Below are positions 1 through 7,335 of a DNA stretch of 24,000 nt, one piece after another; position 1 is the stretch's first letter; every line of letters begins with the position of its first letter. This DNA is from Acidimicrobiaceae bacterium (GTDB taxonomy: Bacteria > Actinomycetota > Acidimicrobiia > Acidimicrobiales > RAAP-2): assembly GCA_027315045.1 (NCBI GenBank), contig DAHUZS010000140.1, forward strand, positions 1-24,000, given 5' to 3'. Made by a program: the position numbers and the translations under genes. Under the pieces are notes generated by a model. It was given only the letters and a program-made list of their open reading frames with translations. It had not been told where the DNA came from and made no database searches.

Positions 1-36
1 GGCGGGAGGATCGAGGGTCTCGGTCATACTCGGACG

Positions 37-681
37 ATGGTCGACGATCCTCCCATGGACGAGCCCGACCGCGAGGCCGCGGTCCGGGACCGCCGGCGCC
101 GGGTGGTGGCCGCCGGCCACCGGGGCGACCTCGAGGTCATCGAGGCGGCTCGCGACGACCTCGATCCCTCGGTCCGGGCCGCCGCCCTGGGCGCGCTGGA
201 ACGATCGGGGGGGCTCGGCGCGGCCGACGTGGTCCGGGCGCTCGACGACCCGGACCCGGTCGTCCGCCACCGGGCCGCCGTCCTGGCCGCCCGGGTCGGG
301 GGGCCGGGCAGCCGCTCGCTCCTCCCCCGGGCTCTCGTCGTCGGGCTCGAGGACCCCGATGCCCTGGTCGCCGAAGCCGCCGCGTGGGCGCTGGGGGAGC
401 GGTCGGTCACGGCCGCGGTGCCCGAGCTCGCAGCCGTGGCCACCGGCCATCCCGAGCCCCGTTGCCGGGAGTCGGCCGTCGCCGCCCTGGGCGCCATCGG
501 CGACCCCGGCGGCCTGGGGGCGGTGCTCGGCGCGCTCGGGGACCGCCCGACGGTGCGGCGCCGGGCGGTCATCGCGCTGGTCGGGTTCGACGACCCCGAG
601 GTGGAGCCGGCGTTGGAGCGCTGCCTCGAGGACCCGGACTGGCAGGTTCGCCAGGCCGCTGAGGTGCTGTTGGAACGGTGA
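37..681 (+). CDS. HEAT / PBS-lyase-like repeat protein
   Basis: 214-aa ORF with about six ~30-aa repeats of the pattern DPxxxVRxxAAxALGxxG (DPSVRAAALGALERSG, DPDPVVRHRAAVLAARVG, DPDALVAEAAAWALGE, EPRCRESAVAALGAIG, DRPTVRRRAVIALVG, DPDWQVRQAAEVLLE). Third-position GC is high. An alternative ATG lies at 55. Confidence 0.8.
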   Translation: MVDDPPMDEPDREAAVRDRRRRVVAAGHRGDLEVIEAARDDLDPSVRAAALGALERSGGLGAADVVRALDDPDPVVRHRAAVLAARVGGPGSRSLLPRALVVGLEDPDALVAEAAAWALGERSVTAAVPELAAVATGHPEPRCRESAVAALGAIGDPGGLGAVLGALGDRPTVRRRAVIALVGFDDPEVEPALERCLEDPDWQVRQAAEVLLER

Positions 682-691
682 GCGGCGCCGG

Positions 692-1705
692 TCAGTCGCC
701 CGAGTCGGCGAACACCGGGCGCAACTCGTCGAGCGCCTCGAGACAACGCCCGGCGCCGAGCGCCACGCACTCGAGCGGCAGGTCGACCAGGTGCACCGGC
801 ACCGACGTCCCGTTGGCCAGCCGCTGGGCCATGCCCCGCAAGAGCGCGCCACCCCCGGTCAGGTGCACGCCCTCGAACATGATGTCCTGGGCCAGTTCGG
901 GTGGCGCATCGGCCAGGCAGTCGGCGGCGGTGGTGATCACCTGCTCGACCAGGTCGTCGAGCGCCTGGCGCACCTCCAAAGGGCTGAGCCCGACCGTCTT
1001 GGGCATCCCGGTCGAGACCTCCCGCCCCCGGACCTGGGCCTCCTGCTCACCCTCGTAGGGGTATGCCGAACCGATGGCGAACTTCACCGCCTCGGCGGTC
1101 CGTTCGCCGATCGCCACACCGTGTCGGTGCCGCACGTAGGACTGGATGGCGGCATCGAAGTCGAAGCCCCCGCAACGGATGGCCCGCTGGGAGACCATGC
1201 CCCCGAGGGAGATGACCGCCATCTCCGCGGTGCCGCCGCCGACGTCGACCACCATCGAACCCACCGGCTCGTGGATGGCCAACCCGGCGCCGATGGCCGC
1301 GGCCATGGGCTGTTCGATCAGGTAGGTGGCCGAGGCGCCGGCATGGCGGGCCGCCTCCTTCACGGCCCGCCGCTCGACCCGGGTGATCGCCGAGGGGACG
1401 CAGATGAGCACCCTCGGCCGGTTCATCCGCGAGACCCCGCAGCGGTGCAAGAGGACCCGGAGCATCCGCTCGGTGATGTCGAAGTCGGTGATCGCCCCCT
1501 GACGCAGGGGCCGGACGGCCACGATGTAGCCGGGGGTGCGGCCGATCATCTGCCACGCCTCGGCCCCGATGGCCAGCACTTCGCGGGTGCGGGTGTTGTA
1601 GGCGATGACCGTGGGCTCGTTGAGCACGATGCCCCTCCCCTTCGCGTAGACGAGGGTGTTGGCCGTACCCAGGTCGATCGCGAGGTCGCGGGGCATCCGG
1701 CCCAT
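692..1705 (-). CDS. mreB: Rod-shape-determining actin homologue MreB
   Basis: 337-aa ORF. The N-terminal DLAIDLGTANTLVY phosphate-1 motif, MVVDVGGGTAEMAVISLGG phosphate-2 motif and overall MreB-like sequence are recognisable by eye. Convergent with the HEAT gene across a 10-bp gap. Confidence 0.93.
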   Translation of the reverse strand: MGRMPRDLAIDLGTANTLVYAKGRGIVLNEPTVIAYNTRTREVLAIGAEAWQMIGRTPGYIVAVRPLRQGAITDFDITERMLRVLLHRCGVSRMNRPRVLICVPSAITRVERRAVKEAARHAGASATYLIEQPMAAAIGAGLAIHEPVGSMVVDVGGGTAEMAVISLGGMVSQRAIRCGGFDFDAAIQSYVRHRHGVAIGERTAEAVKFAIGSAYPYEGEQEAQVRGREVSTGMPKTVGLSPLEVRQALDDLVEQVITTAADCLADAPPELAQDIMFEGVHLTGGGALLRGMAQRLANGTSVPVHLVDLPLECVALGAGRCLEALDELRPVFADSGD

Positions 1706-1762
1706 CGTAGGAGGGACCGGGCGACCGCACCGGAACCGAGGGCGTCGGTAACCTGGTCCGTT

Positions 1763-2941
1763 GTGGCTTCATCGGATGGCGACTCCTTCGGCTGGGAGTC
1801 CGGTGAACCCGAAGAGGGGGCGCGCGAGCGCGAGGATCCGAGGACCCCGGGTGGCTGGGTCCCGCCCGAGGCGCGCGCCTGGCGGCACCCCTCGGAGACC
1901 GGGAACTGGGCCGGCTCGCACCCCGGACTGCGCCCGGCCGTCCGGACCGCGACGAGCGGCCGGCGTGCCCTGTGGACCACTGCGCTGGCGGGTGCCGGGG
2001 CAGTAGTCGCCCTGGTCGGCGGGGGCCTCATGCTGGCCAACCGGAACCAGGGTCCCGAGCTCGCCGCCCCGACCCAGCTGATCTCGCCCCCGACCTCCTC
2101 CACCCGCTCGATCGTCCGGCTGACGGTAGAGCAGCGGACCGGTGCCAGCCACTACGGCTGCGGCGTGGTCGTCGCCGGCGAGCTGATCGCCACCAACGCC
2201 TCCCTGCTGACCGGTGCCAGCGGGATCGTGGCGACCACTTCCACCGGACGCCGGACGGCCGGCAAGGTGGTGGCGGTCGACCCGACCTCCGACGTCGGCC
2301 TGATCCGGGTAAGGACTCGCCTCCCGGTCGGGAGGTTCGTCGACTGGAGCGACGTCCAACCCGGCACCGGAGCCATCGAGTTGGCCGTCGCGACCACGAC
2401 GGGGGGCGGTGGATGGTCGAGCTGGTTGGACGGGACCATCGCCTCGATCGGCAAACCGGTGAGCTCGGGCCCGGGTTCGGGCATGGTCAGCGTGGTGGCC
2501 ACCACCCCCAAGGGGACCACACCCGACGGGGCGGTCCTCATGGAGCGCGACGGGGCCATCGTCGGGCTGCTCGACAAGTCGGGGGTCTCACCCCAAGGCG
2601 GCGGGGCCGTCTTCTTGCCGGGCGAGTTCGTCTTCGAGGTCGCCCACGAACTGGCGGCCAACGGCGGCCAGATCGCCCACGGATGGCTGGGGATCGAGGG
2701 ATCGGACTCGGCTACCGGTGCCCAGGGGGCGGTGGTCACGGCGGTGTCCTCCGGTGGCCCCTCGAGCGGCCACCTCGAGGTCGGCGACCTCATCACCTCG
2801 ATCGACGGGCACCGGGTGCGCACCATGGCCGACCTCCGGTCCCGCCTCTACCTGTTGTCCCCGGGGACCGCCGTGACCCTGATCGTCCGCAGGGACGGGA
2901 CAACCAAGGCCGTCGCGGTCGACCTCGGCTCCTCCCCCTAG
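1763..2941 (+). CDS. HtrA-like trypsin-fold + PDZ membrane protein lacking catalytic His and Ser (predicted pseudoprotease)
   Basis: This is the C-terminal 392 codons of the 860-aa track ORF 359..2941; the upstream part is antisense to mreB and is rejected. GTG 1763 is the only in-frame start after the mreB start. It has a TM helix (ALWTTALAGAGAVVALVGGGLMLA), an S1C-like core (GCGVVVAGELIATNASLL, DPTSDVGLIRV, TTPDGAVLMERDGAIVGLL) and a C-terminal PDZ domain (GWLGIEGSD...GDLITSIDGHRV...VTLIVRRDG). Confidence 0.75.
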   Translation: MASSDGDSFGWESGEPEEGAREREDPRTPGGWVPPEARAWRHPSETGNWAGSHPGLRPAVRTATSGRRALWTTALAGAGAVVALVGGGLMLANRNQGPELAAPTQLISPPTSSTRSIVRLTVEQRTGASHYGCGVVVAGELIATNASLLTGASGIVATTSTGRRTAGKVVAVDPTSDVGLIRVRTRLPVGRFVDWSDVQPGTGAIELAVATTTGGGGWSSWLDGTIASIGKPVSSGPGSGMVSVVATTPKGTTPDGAVLMERDGAIVGLLDKSGVSPQGGGAVFLPGEFVFEVAHELAANGGQIAHGWLGIEGSDSATGAQGAVVTAVSSGGPSSGHLEVGDLITSIDGHRVRTMADLRSRLYLLSPGTAVTLIVRRDGTTKAVAVDLGSSP

Positions 2942-3004
2942 CAAGGAGCCCGAACGCCGGGGGCCGACGGAATCTCGGCCGAGACGCCCGTAGGCTGTGA
3001 CGGC

Positions 3005-4219
3005 GTGGCGATGAACCCCGAGGACCCCGACAACCCCATCCCAGGGCTCCTCGGTGACCTACTCAAGGTCATCGGGGGGGCCGCCCAGGGCGGCGGCACC
3101 CCGTGGTTGGACGCGGCGCGGGCCCTGGCGCTCGGGGTGGCGACCGACGGCGGCGCCGAGTCCAACGTCGACCCGCTGCAACGGATCAGGCTCGAGGAGC
3201 TGGCCCGGGTGGTCGAGTTGCACGTCGAGGAGGCAACCGGGCTGAGCGTCGAGCACTCCTACGCCTTCGTGCCGGTCGGCCGGGGTGCCTGGGCCAACCA
3301 CGCCCTCGAGGGCTGGCGACCGCTCTTGGCCCGGATGGTCGCGAAGATGGGCGAGGCGCCGCCGCCGGCCCCGCCCGAGCTGGGTGACGAGTTCGGCGAG
3401 GGGCTCGGGGTCCTCCTGGGCCAGTTCGCATCGACCATGGGCCCGATCATGCTCGGCATGCAGTTCGGTTCGGCCGCCGGTCACCTGGCCCGCCAAGCGC
3501 TCGGCCAGTACGCCCTATTCGTCCCGTGGCCCCCCTCGACCGAGCTCTTGGTGGTGCCCGAAAACGTCGCCGCCTTCGCCTCGGACTGGAGCCTGGCCGA
3601 GGACACCGCCTTGCTGTGGGTGTGCGCCCACGAGCTCACGGTACAGCTCGTCTTGGACCGCCCGCAGGTGACCGAGCGGCTTCGCGAGCTGCTCGAGGCG
3701 GCGATGGCCGAGTCCATGGCGGCCCAGCAGGGCCTGGCCGAGCGGCTGGGCGGGACGGGTCCCGACGCGCTCCAACAGCTGACGTCGGACCCCGAGGCGC
3801 TGCTCTCGGACCTCTTGACCCCGGGAAGCCGGGCCACCTCGGAGCGGCTGAACGCCCTCGTGGCCGCGTTGACCGGCTACGTCGACCACGCGACCGGCCG
3901 GATCGCCGAGGCGGTCACCGGCTCGGCCGGGCCCCTGTCGGAGGCCTGGTACCGCTACCGGATCGCCGACTCGCGGGGGCGCCAGGCGGCGGCGGCGCTG
4001 TTCGGCTTCGACGTGAGTCGGTCCCAGGTCGACCGGGGCGCGGCGTTCGTGCGGGGGGTGCTCGAGCGGGCCGGCGAGGAGGGCCTCGCTCGCCTGCTCA
4101 TCGGGGGCCAGGCCCTGCCGACGCCGGCCGAGGTGGACGCGCCGGGGCTCTGGCTCGAGCGGCTCGATCTCCCCGAGGACCCGGCGCAAGCGAACCCCGA
4201 ACCTCGCTCGGAGGGCTAG
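3005..4219 (+). CDS. Zincin-like (DUF2342 / Zincin_2-type) protein with degenerate HExxH
   Basis: 404-aa ORF starting at GTG 3005 or ATG 3011. The overall pattern (N-terminal GLLGDLLKVIGG..., central LWVCAHELTVQLVL, C-terminal RGAAFVRGVLERAGEEGL) matches my memory of the actinobacterial zinc-dependent metalloprotease family. High GC3. Confidence 0.72.
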   Translation: MAMNPEDPDNPIPGLLGDLLKVIGGAAQGGGTPWLDAARALALGVATDGGAESNVDPLQRIRLEELARVVELHVEEATGLSVEHSYAFVPVGRGAWANHALEGWRPLLARMVAKMGEAPPPAPPELGDEFGEGLGVLLGQFASTMGPIMLGMQFGSAAGHLARQALGQYALFVPWPPSTELLVVPENVAAFASDWSLAEDTALLWVCAHELTVQLVLDRPQVTERLRELLEAAMAESMAAQQGLAERLGGTGPDALQQLTSDPEALLSDLLTPGSRATSERLNALVAALTGYVDHATGRIAEAVTGSAGPLSEAWYRYRIADSRGRQAAAALFGFDVSRSQVDRGAAFVRGVLERAGEEGLARLLIGGQALPTPAEVDAPGLWLERLDLPEDPAQANPEPRSEG

Positions 4220-4506
4220 GGCTCCTCGGGGTAGCCGAGGTCCCAGTCGAGAGCCAGGTTCTCCCGTTCGGCGTCTCGGACCACCCGCTCCCGGTTGCGC
4301 CGGAACTGCGGGTCGTGCGGGGGCAAGAGGACCAGGCGAGCGAGCACCCGCTCCCGGAAGGCCTCGACCACGGTCGGGTCGCCGTAGTCGGACTGGACCT
4401 CCCAGTGGGGCGCCACCGGGCCCAGGTACACCACCCGGACGTGCCCGACGGGCGGGATCGGCTCGCCCTGTTCGTCGGTGGCGATGTCTTCGGGCTCGGG
4501 CGACAC
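4216..4506 (-). CDS. Small hypothetical protein (96 aa)
   Basis: GTG start at 4506 preceded by GGAGG with a 4-nt spacer. Almost every codon ends in G/C, as in the neighbouring genes. The composition is balanced rather than R/G/P-dominated. It lies 70 nt downstream of the S1C protease on the same strand. I recognise no family. Confidence 0.6.
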   Translation of the reverse strand: MSPEPEDIATDEQGEPIPPVGHVRVVYLGPVAPHWEVQSDYGDPTVVEAFRERVLARLVLLPPHDPQFRRNRERVVRDAERENLALDWDLGYPEEP

Positions 4507-4576
4507 GGGACCTCCGGGTGGGTCGACGACGACGAGCAGCGTACCCGGGCCGTCCGTCGCCGGGGACGGGGCCCCC

Positions 4577-5686
4577 TCAGCTCCCGAACACCGTGCCCCC
4601 GGCGCGCAGCCGGCCGAGCAACGGTTTGATGGTATCGATCGCGATGGCGAAGCCGATGTTCTGGGCCGGCGCGTTGCCCTGAGTGCTCTCGGCCACAGCG
4701 GTGTTCATCCCGATGACCTGGCCGTCGGAGTTGACCAACGGACCACCCGAGTTCCCCGAGTTGATCGCGGCGTCGGTCTGGATGAGCCCGCTCAGGTTCT
4801 CGACCTTCCCGGTGAGGTCGCTCGTCGCACTGAGCGACCGGTCCGTCGACGACACGATGCCCTCGGTGACAGTGGGGCCGCCCGAAAGCGCCAGGGCGTT
4901 GCCGATGGCGAGCACGTTGTCGCCCACCAGGGCCCGGTTCGAGTCGCCGAGCTCGACCGTGGGCAACCCGTGCTGACCCTCGATCTGGATGAGGGCGAGA
5001 TCCTGGGACGGGTCGGTACCGATGACCTTGGCCGGGAGCGGATCGCTCTGGCCGAAGAGCGTCACCGTGAGCGAGCTGGCACCGGCGATCACGTGATTGT
5101 TGGTCAGCACCTGACCGTCGGCGGTGAGGATCATCCCGGTCCCGGCGCCCACCACGATGCCGCCATGACGCGACCCGGTGCTCTCGATGGACACCACGGC
5201 CGGCTCCACCTTGGCCAGGACGGCCTGGATGTCCGCCGGTTTGGCGAATGCCGGCGTGTTCGGGGAGAACCGCTCGACGATGGTCCGCTGCGAGTCGCGC
5301 GCTGCGAGGTACCCGACCGTCCCGCCCACCGTCGCGGCGAGCACCGTGCTCAGAGCCAGGAGCAGCACCCAGGTGCGGACGGTCGGCACCCGCCCGGCTC
5401 GGGTCGGGCCCGATGGGCCCGGCCCCCCGGCCACGTACCCCGGCGGCGGGCTCGGGGGCGGCCACTCAACGAGCGGGCGGGCCGGCGGGCCCGGTGGCCT
5501 GGCCGGCCCCCACCCCGGGGTCTGGGCGGGTGTCCCCCCTGGCCAGGGGACCGGGGTCGTCGTCCAGCCCGGAGGCGGGGGGGTCCGGGGGACCTCGTCG
5601 GGATGCGGGGCCCGCCTCAACGGCCCCGGGGTCCAATCCGGCCGCCCCCCCGGCACCGTAGAAGAGGAGACGAGTCGGTTGACCAA
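4577..5686 (-). CDS. S1C (HtrA/DegP-family) trypsin-like serine protease, membrane-anchored, no PDZ domain
   Basis: 369-aa ORF with an intact triad context: LTNNHVIAG (His), DPSQDLALIQI (Asp), GNSGGPLVNSDGQVIGMNTAV (Ser). It has a Pro/Trp-rich N-terminal tail followed by a TM helix (VRTWVLLLALSTVLAATVGGTVGYL). The protein ends about 45 aa after the Ser motif, leaving no room for a PDZ domain. The start is uncertain (TTG 5686 or GTG 5656). Confidence 0.85.
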   Translation of the reverse strand: MVNRLVSSSTVPGGRPDWTPGPLRRAPHPDEVPRTPPPPGWTTTPVPWPGGTPAQTPGWGPARPPGPPARPLVEWPPPSPPPGYVAGGPGPSGPTRAGRVPTVRTWVLLLALSTVLAATVGGTVGYLAARDSQRTIVERFSPNTPAFAKPADIQAVLAKVEPAVVSIESTGSRHGGIVVGAGTGMILTADGQVLTNNHVIAGASSLTVTLFGQSDPLPAKVIGTDPSQDLALIQIEGQHGLPTVELGDSNRALVGDNVLAIGNALALSGGPTVTEGIVSSTDRSLSATSDLTGKVENLSGLIQTDAAINSGNSGGPLVNSDGQVIGMNTAVAESTQGNAPAQNIGFAIAIDTIKPLLGRLRAGGTVFGS

Positions 5687-5711
5687 GCACCGCTATGCTC
5701 GGCCGAGAGAA

Positions 5712-5972
5712 ATGGAACCGGTAATGGACACCCAGTGGATGGCCGAGGGCAAGTGCCGCGACGTGCCGCCCTCGGTCTTCTTCCCGAGCGACGGCCTCGG
5801 GGTCCAGGCGGCCCAGCGGATCTGCGCCGACTGCCCGGTGGCCAATGCATGCTTAGAGTACGCCCTGACCAACCGCATCGACCATGGGGTCTGGGGTGGC
5901 TGCTCCGAGCGTGAGCGGCGCCGGATCCTGCGCTCCCGCCGGTCGGCTCGCATCGCCCTCTCTTCTCGATAG
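5712..5972 (+). CDS. whiB: WhiB-family Fe-S transcription factor
   Basis: This is the last 86 codons of track ORF 5178..5972; the upstream part is antisense to the protease. Four Cys occur in WhiB spacing (GKC ... CADC ... NAC), with a GVWGG turn and a basic tail SERERRRILRSRR. An alternative ATG lies at 5724. The paralogue class is not assignable by eye. Confidence 0.9.
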   Translation: MEPVMDTQWMAEGKCRDVPPSVFFPSDGLGVQAAQRICADCPVANACLEYALTNRIDHGVWGGCSERERRRILRSRRSARIALSSR

Positions 5973-6002
5973 GTCGCCGCCCGCGCCGAGTCTGCGTTCC
6001 CC

Positions 6003-6863
6003 GTGGTGATCCGGTCGCGTCTCGCGTGCGCGCTCAACGTGAGCGAGGGCCGGGACGCCGCGGTCCTCGAACGCCTGGCCGACGCCTGTGGCGAGGTCCT
6101 CCTGGACGTCCATCGGGATGCCGACCACCACCGCAGCGTGCTCAGCCTCGGCGGAGCCGGCCGGGAGGTGGTGGCGGCGGTGCGGGCGATGGTCGAGTTG
6201 GCGGTGGAGGTCCTCGACCTCACCGTTCACGGCGGTGCCCACCCACGGTTCGGGGTGGTCGACGTCGTGCCGTTCTCCCCCGTCGACTCGGGCGACCTGC
6301 TCGACGCCGTCGAGGCCCGGGATACCGTCGCCATCTGGGCCGGGGCGACCCTGGACATCCCCTGCTTCCTCTACGGCCCGATGCCCGACGGCGGCGAACG
6401 CTCGCTGCCCGAGGTCCGGCGGGGAGCCTTCGTCACCCTCCTCCCCGACACCGGGCCCGACCGGGCGCACCCGCGGGCGGGGGCCATGGCGGTCGGAGCC
6501 CGTGGTCCGCTCGTGGCCTACAACCTGTGGGTGAGCGGGGTTTCGGGCCCCGAGCTGCGGGCCGTGGCCGCCCGGGTGCGGAACCGCTCGATCCGAACCC
6601 TGGGGTTCTCCTTGGCGAGCGGGGCCCAAATCTCGTGCAACCTGGTCCAGCCGGAGGCGGTGGGCCCGGTGGAGGCCTACGAGCGGGTGGCGGCGGCGTT
6701 GCCGAGCGGTGGGCGGATCAGCCGGGCGGAGCTGGTGGGGCTGGTGCCCCAGTCGGTGCTCGACCGGATCCCGTCCGGTCGGCTCGCCCAACTGGGCCTC
6801 GAGGGCGCGGTCAGCCTGCAGGCGCGGCTGGCCGATCGGTCGCTCAGGACGCGTCGTTCATAG
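6003..6863 (+). CDS. Glutamate formimidoyltransferase (formiminotransferase domain only)
   Basis: 286 aa. Motifs are NVSEGRD near the N-terminus, DADHHRSVLSL, HGGAHPRFGVVDVVPFSPV, PDTGPDRAHPRAGAMAVGARGPLVAYNLWV and AELVGLVPQSVL, which match my memory of the FTCD N-terminal family. There is no cyclodeaminase domain. Confidence 0.8.
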   Translation: MVIRSRLACALNVSEGRDAAVLERLADACGEVLLDVHRDADHHRSVLSLGGAGREVVAAVRAMVELAVEVLDLTVHGGAHPRFGVVDVVPFSPVDSGDLLDAVEARDTVAIWAGATLDIPCFLYGPMPDGGERSLPEVRRGAFVTLLPDTGPDRAHPRAGAMAVGARGPLVAYNLWVSGVSGPELRAVAARVRNRSIRTLGFSLASGAQISCNLVQPEAVGPVEAYERVAAALPSGGRISRAELVGLVPQSVLDRIPSGRLAQLGLEGAVSLQARLADRSLRTRRS

Positions 6864-7131
6864 CGGCGGCCCGCCGCTGGAGCGCCCGGGCCCGCCGGAG
6901 CCGGCGACGCTCGCGCTCGCTCATCCCCCCCCAGATGCCGAACTTCTCGCCGTTGGCCAACGCGTACTCGAGGCAGTCCTCTTGGACCACGCAGCCCCGG
7001 CACACCTCCTTGGCCTCGCGGGTCGAGGCGCCGCGTTCGGGGAAGAACAGGTCGGGGTCCACGCCCATGCAGTTGGCCTGTGCCTGCCAACTGCGGTCTT
7101 CACGCCCATAGAGCACTACGGCCAAGTCCAT
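6844..7131 (-). CDS. whiB: WhiB-family Fe-S transcription factor
   Basis: 95 aa from ATG 7131, with the Shine-Dalgarno sequence GAGGGGAGG 8 nt upstream. Motifs are WQAQANC...VDPDLFFPERG...CRGC...DC, GIWGG and SERERRRLRR. The track ORF extension to 7269 runs through low-GC sequence and is rejected. The 3' end overlaps the formimidoyltransferase 3' end by 20 nt. Confidence 0.9.
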   Translation of the reverse strand: MDLAVVLYGREDRSWQAQANCMGVDPDLFFPERGASTREAKEVCRGCVVQEDCLEYALANGEKFGIWGGMSERERRRLRRARALQRRAAAMNDAS

Positions 7132-7335
7132 CGGTCGGCCTCCCCTCACTGTAAGTGGCACCGATGTAACTACAACCATGTCATATTCCCCTATCGGGCC
7201 TGGGAACGCAAGGGGGGGATTTCTCACATCTCGCGTTCGCAATAGCCAGCCTGGGCCCGGTTTGACCACGCATAGTGGTAGCAGGTCTCGGACGCCCCCG
7301 GGCCCCGCCGGGGTCGCCGGCCGGCCCCCGCCCGT
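7132..7335 (-). promoter_or_regulatory. Long, relatively AT-rich intergenic region: probable promoter and 5' leader of the whiB gene at 6844..7131
   Basis: At 204 bp this is the largest non-coding gap in the window. By hand count 7141-7260 is about 57% GC. It contains the inverted repeat GAACGC/GCGTTC (7204-7209 / 7233-7238) enclosing a G7/C7 run (7212-7218). I could not place -35/-10 hexamers with confidence. Confidence 0.4.

Noticed and set aside
359-1762. N-terminal 468 codons of the 860-aa ORF 359..2941
   Set aside because: It runs antisense through mreB and out of frame through the HEAT gene, and it is Arg/Gly/Pro-rich. Only the part from GTG 1763 has protease/PDZ similarity.
7219-7232. 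A TGTGA half-site in the whiB leader as a CRP/Cmr-type binding site (TGTGA-N6-TCACA)
   Set aside because: Only one half-site is present, and the expected partner TCACA is absent at the correct spacing.
7291-7335. A GC-rich stretch after the VWA stop as an intrinsic terminator. Short stems at 2962..2980, 4540..4570 and 19880..19905 were considered in the same way.
   Set aside because: Only 4-6 bp imperfect stems could be drawn by eye and none has a U tract. In DNA this GC-rich such stems occur by chance, so I cannot support them as features.
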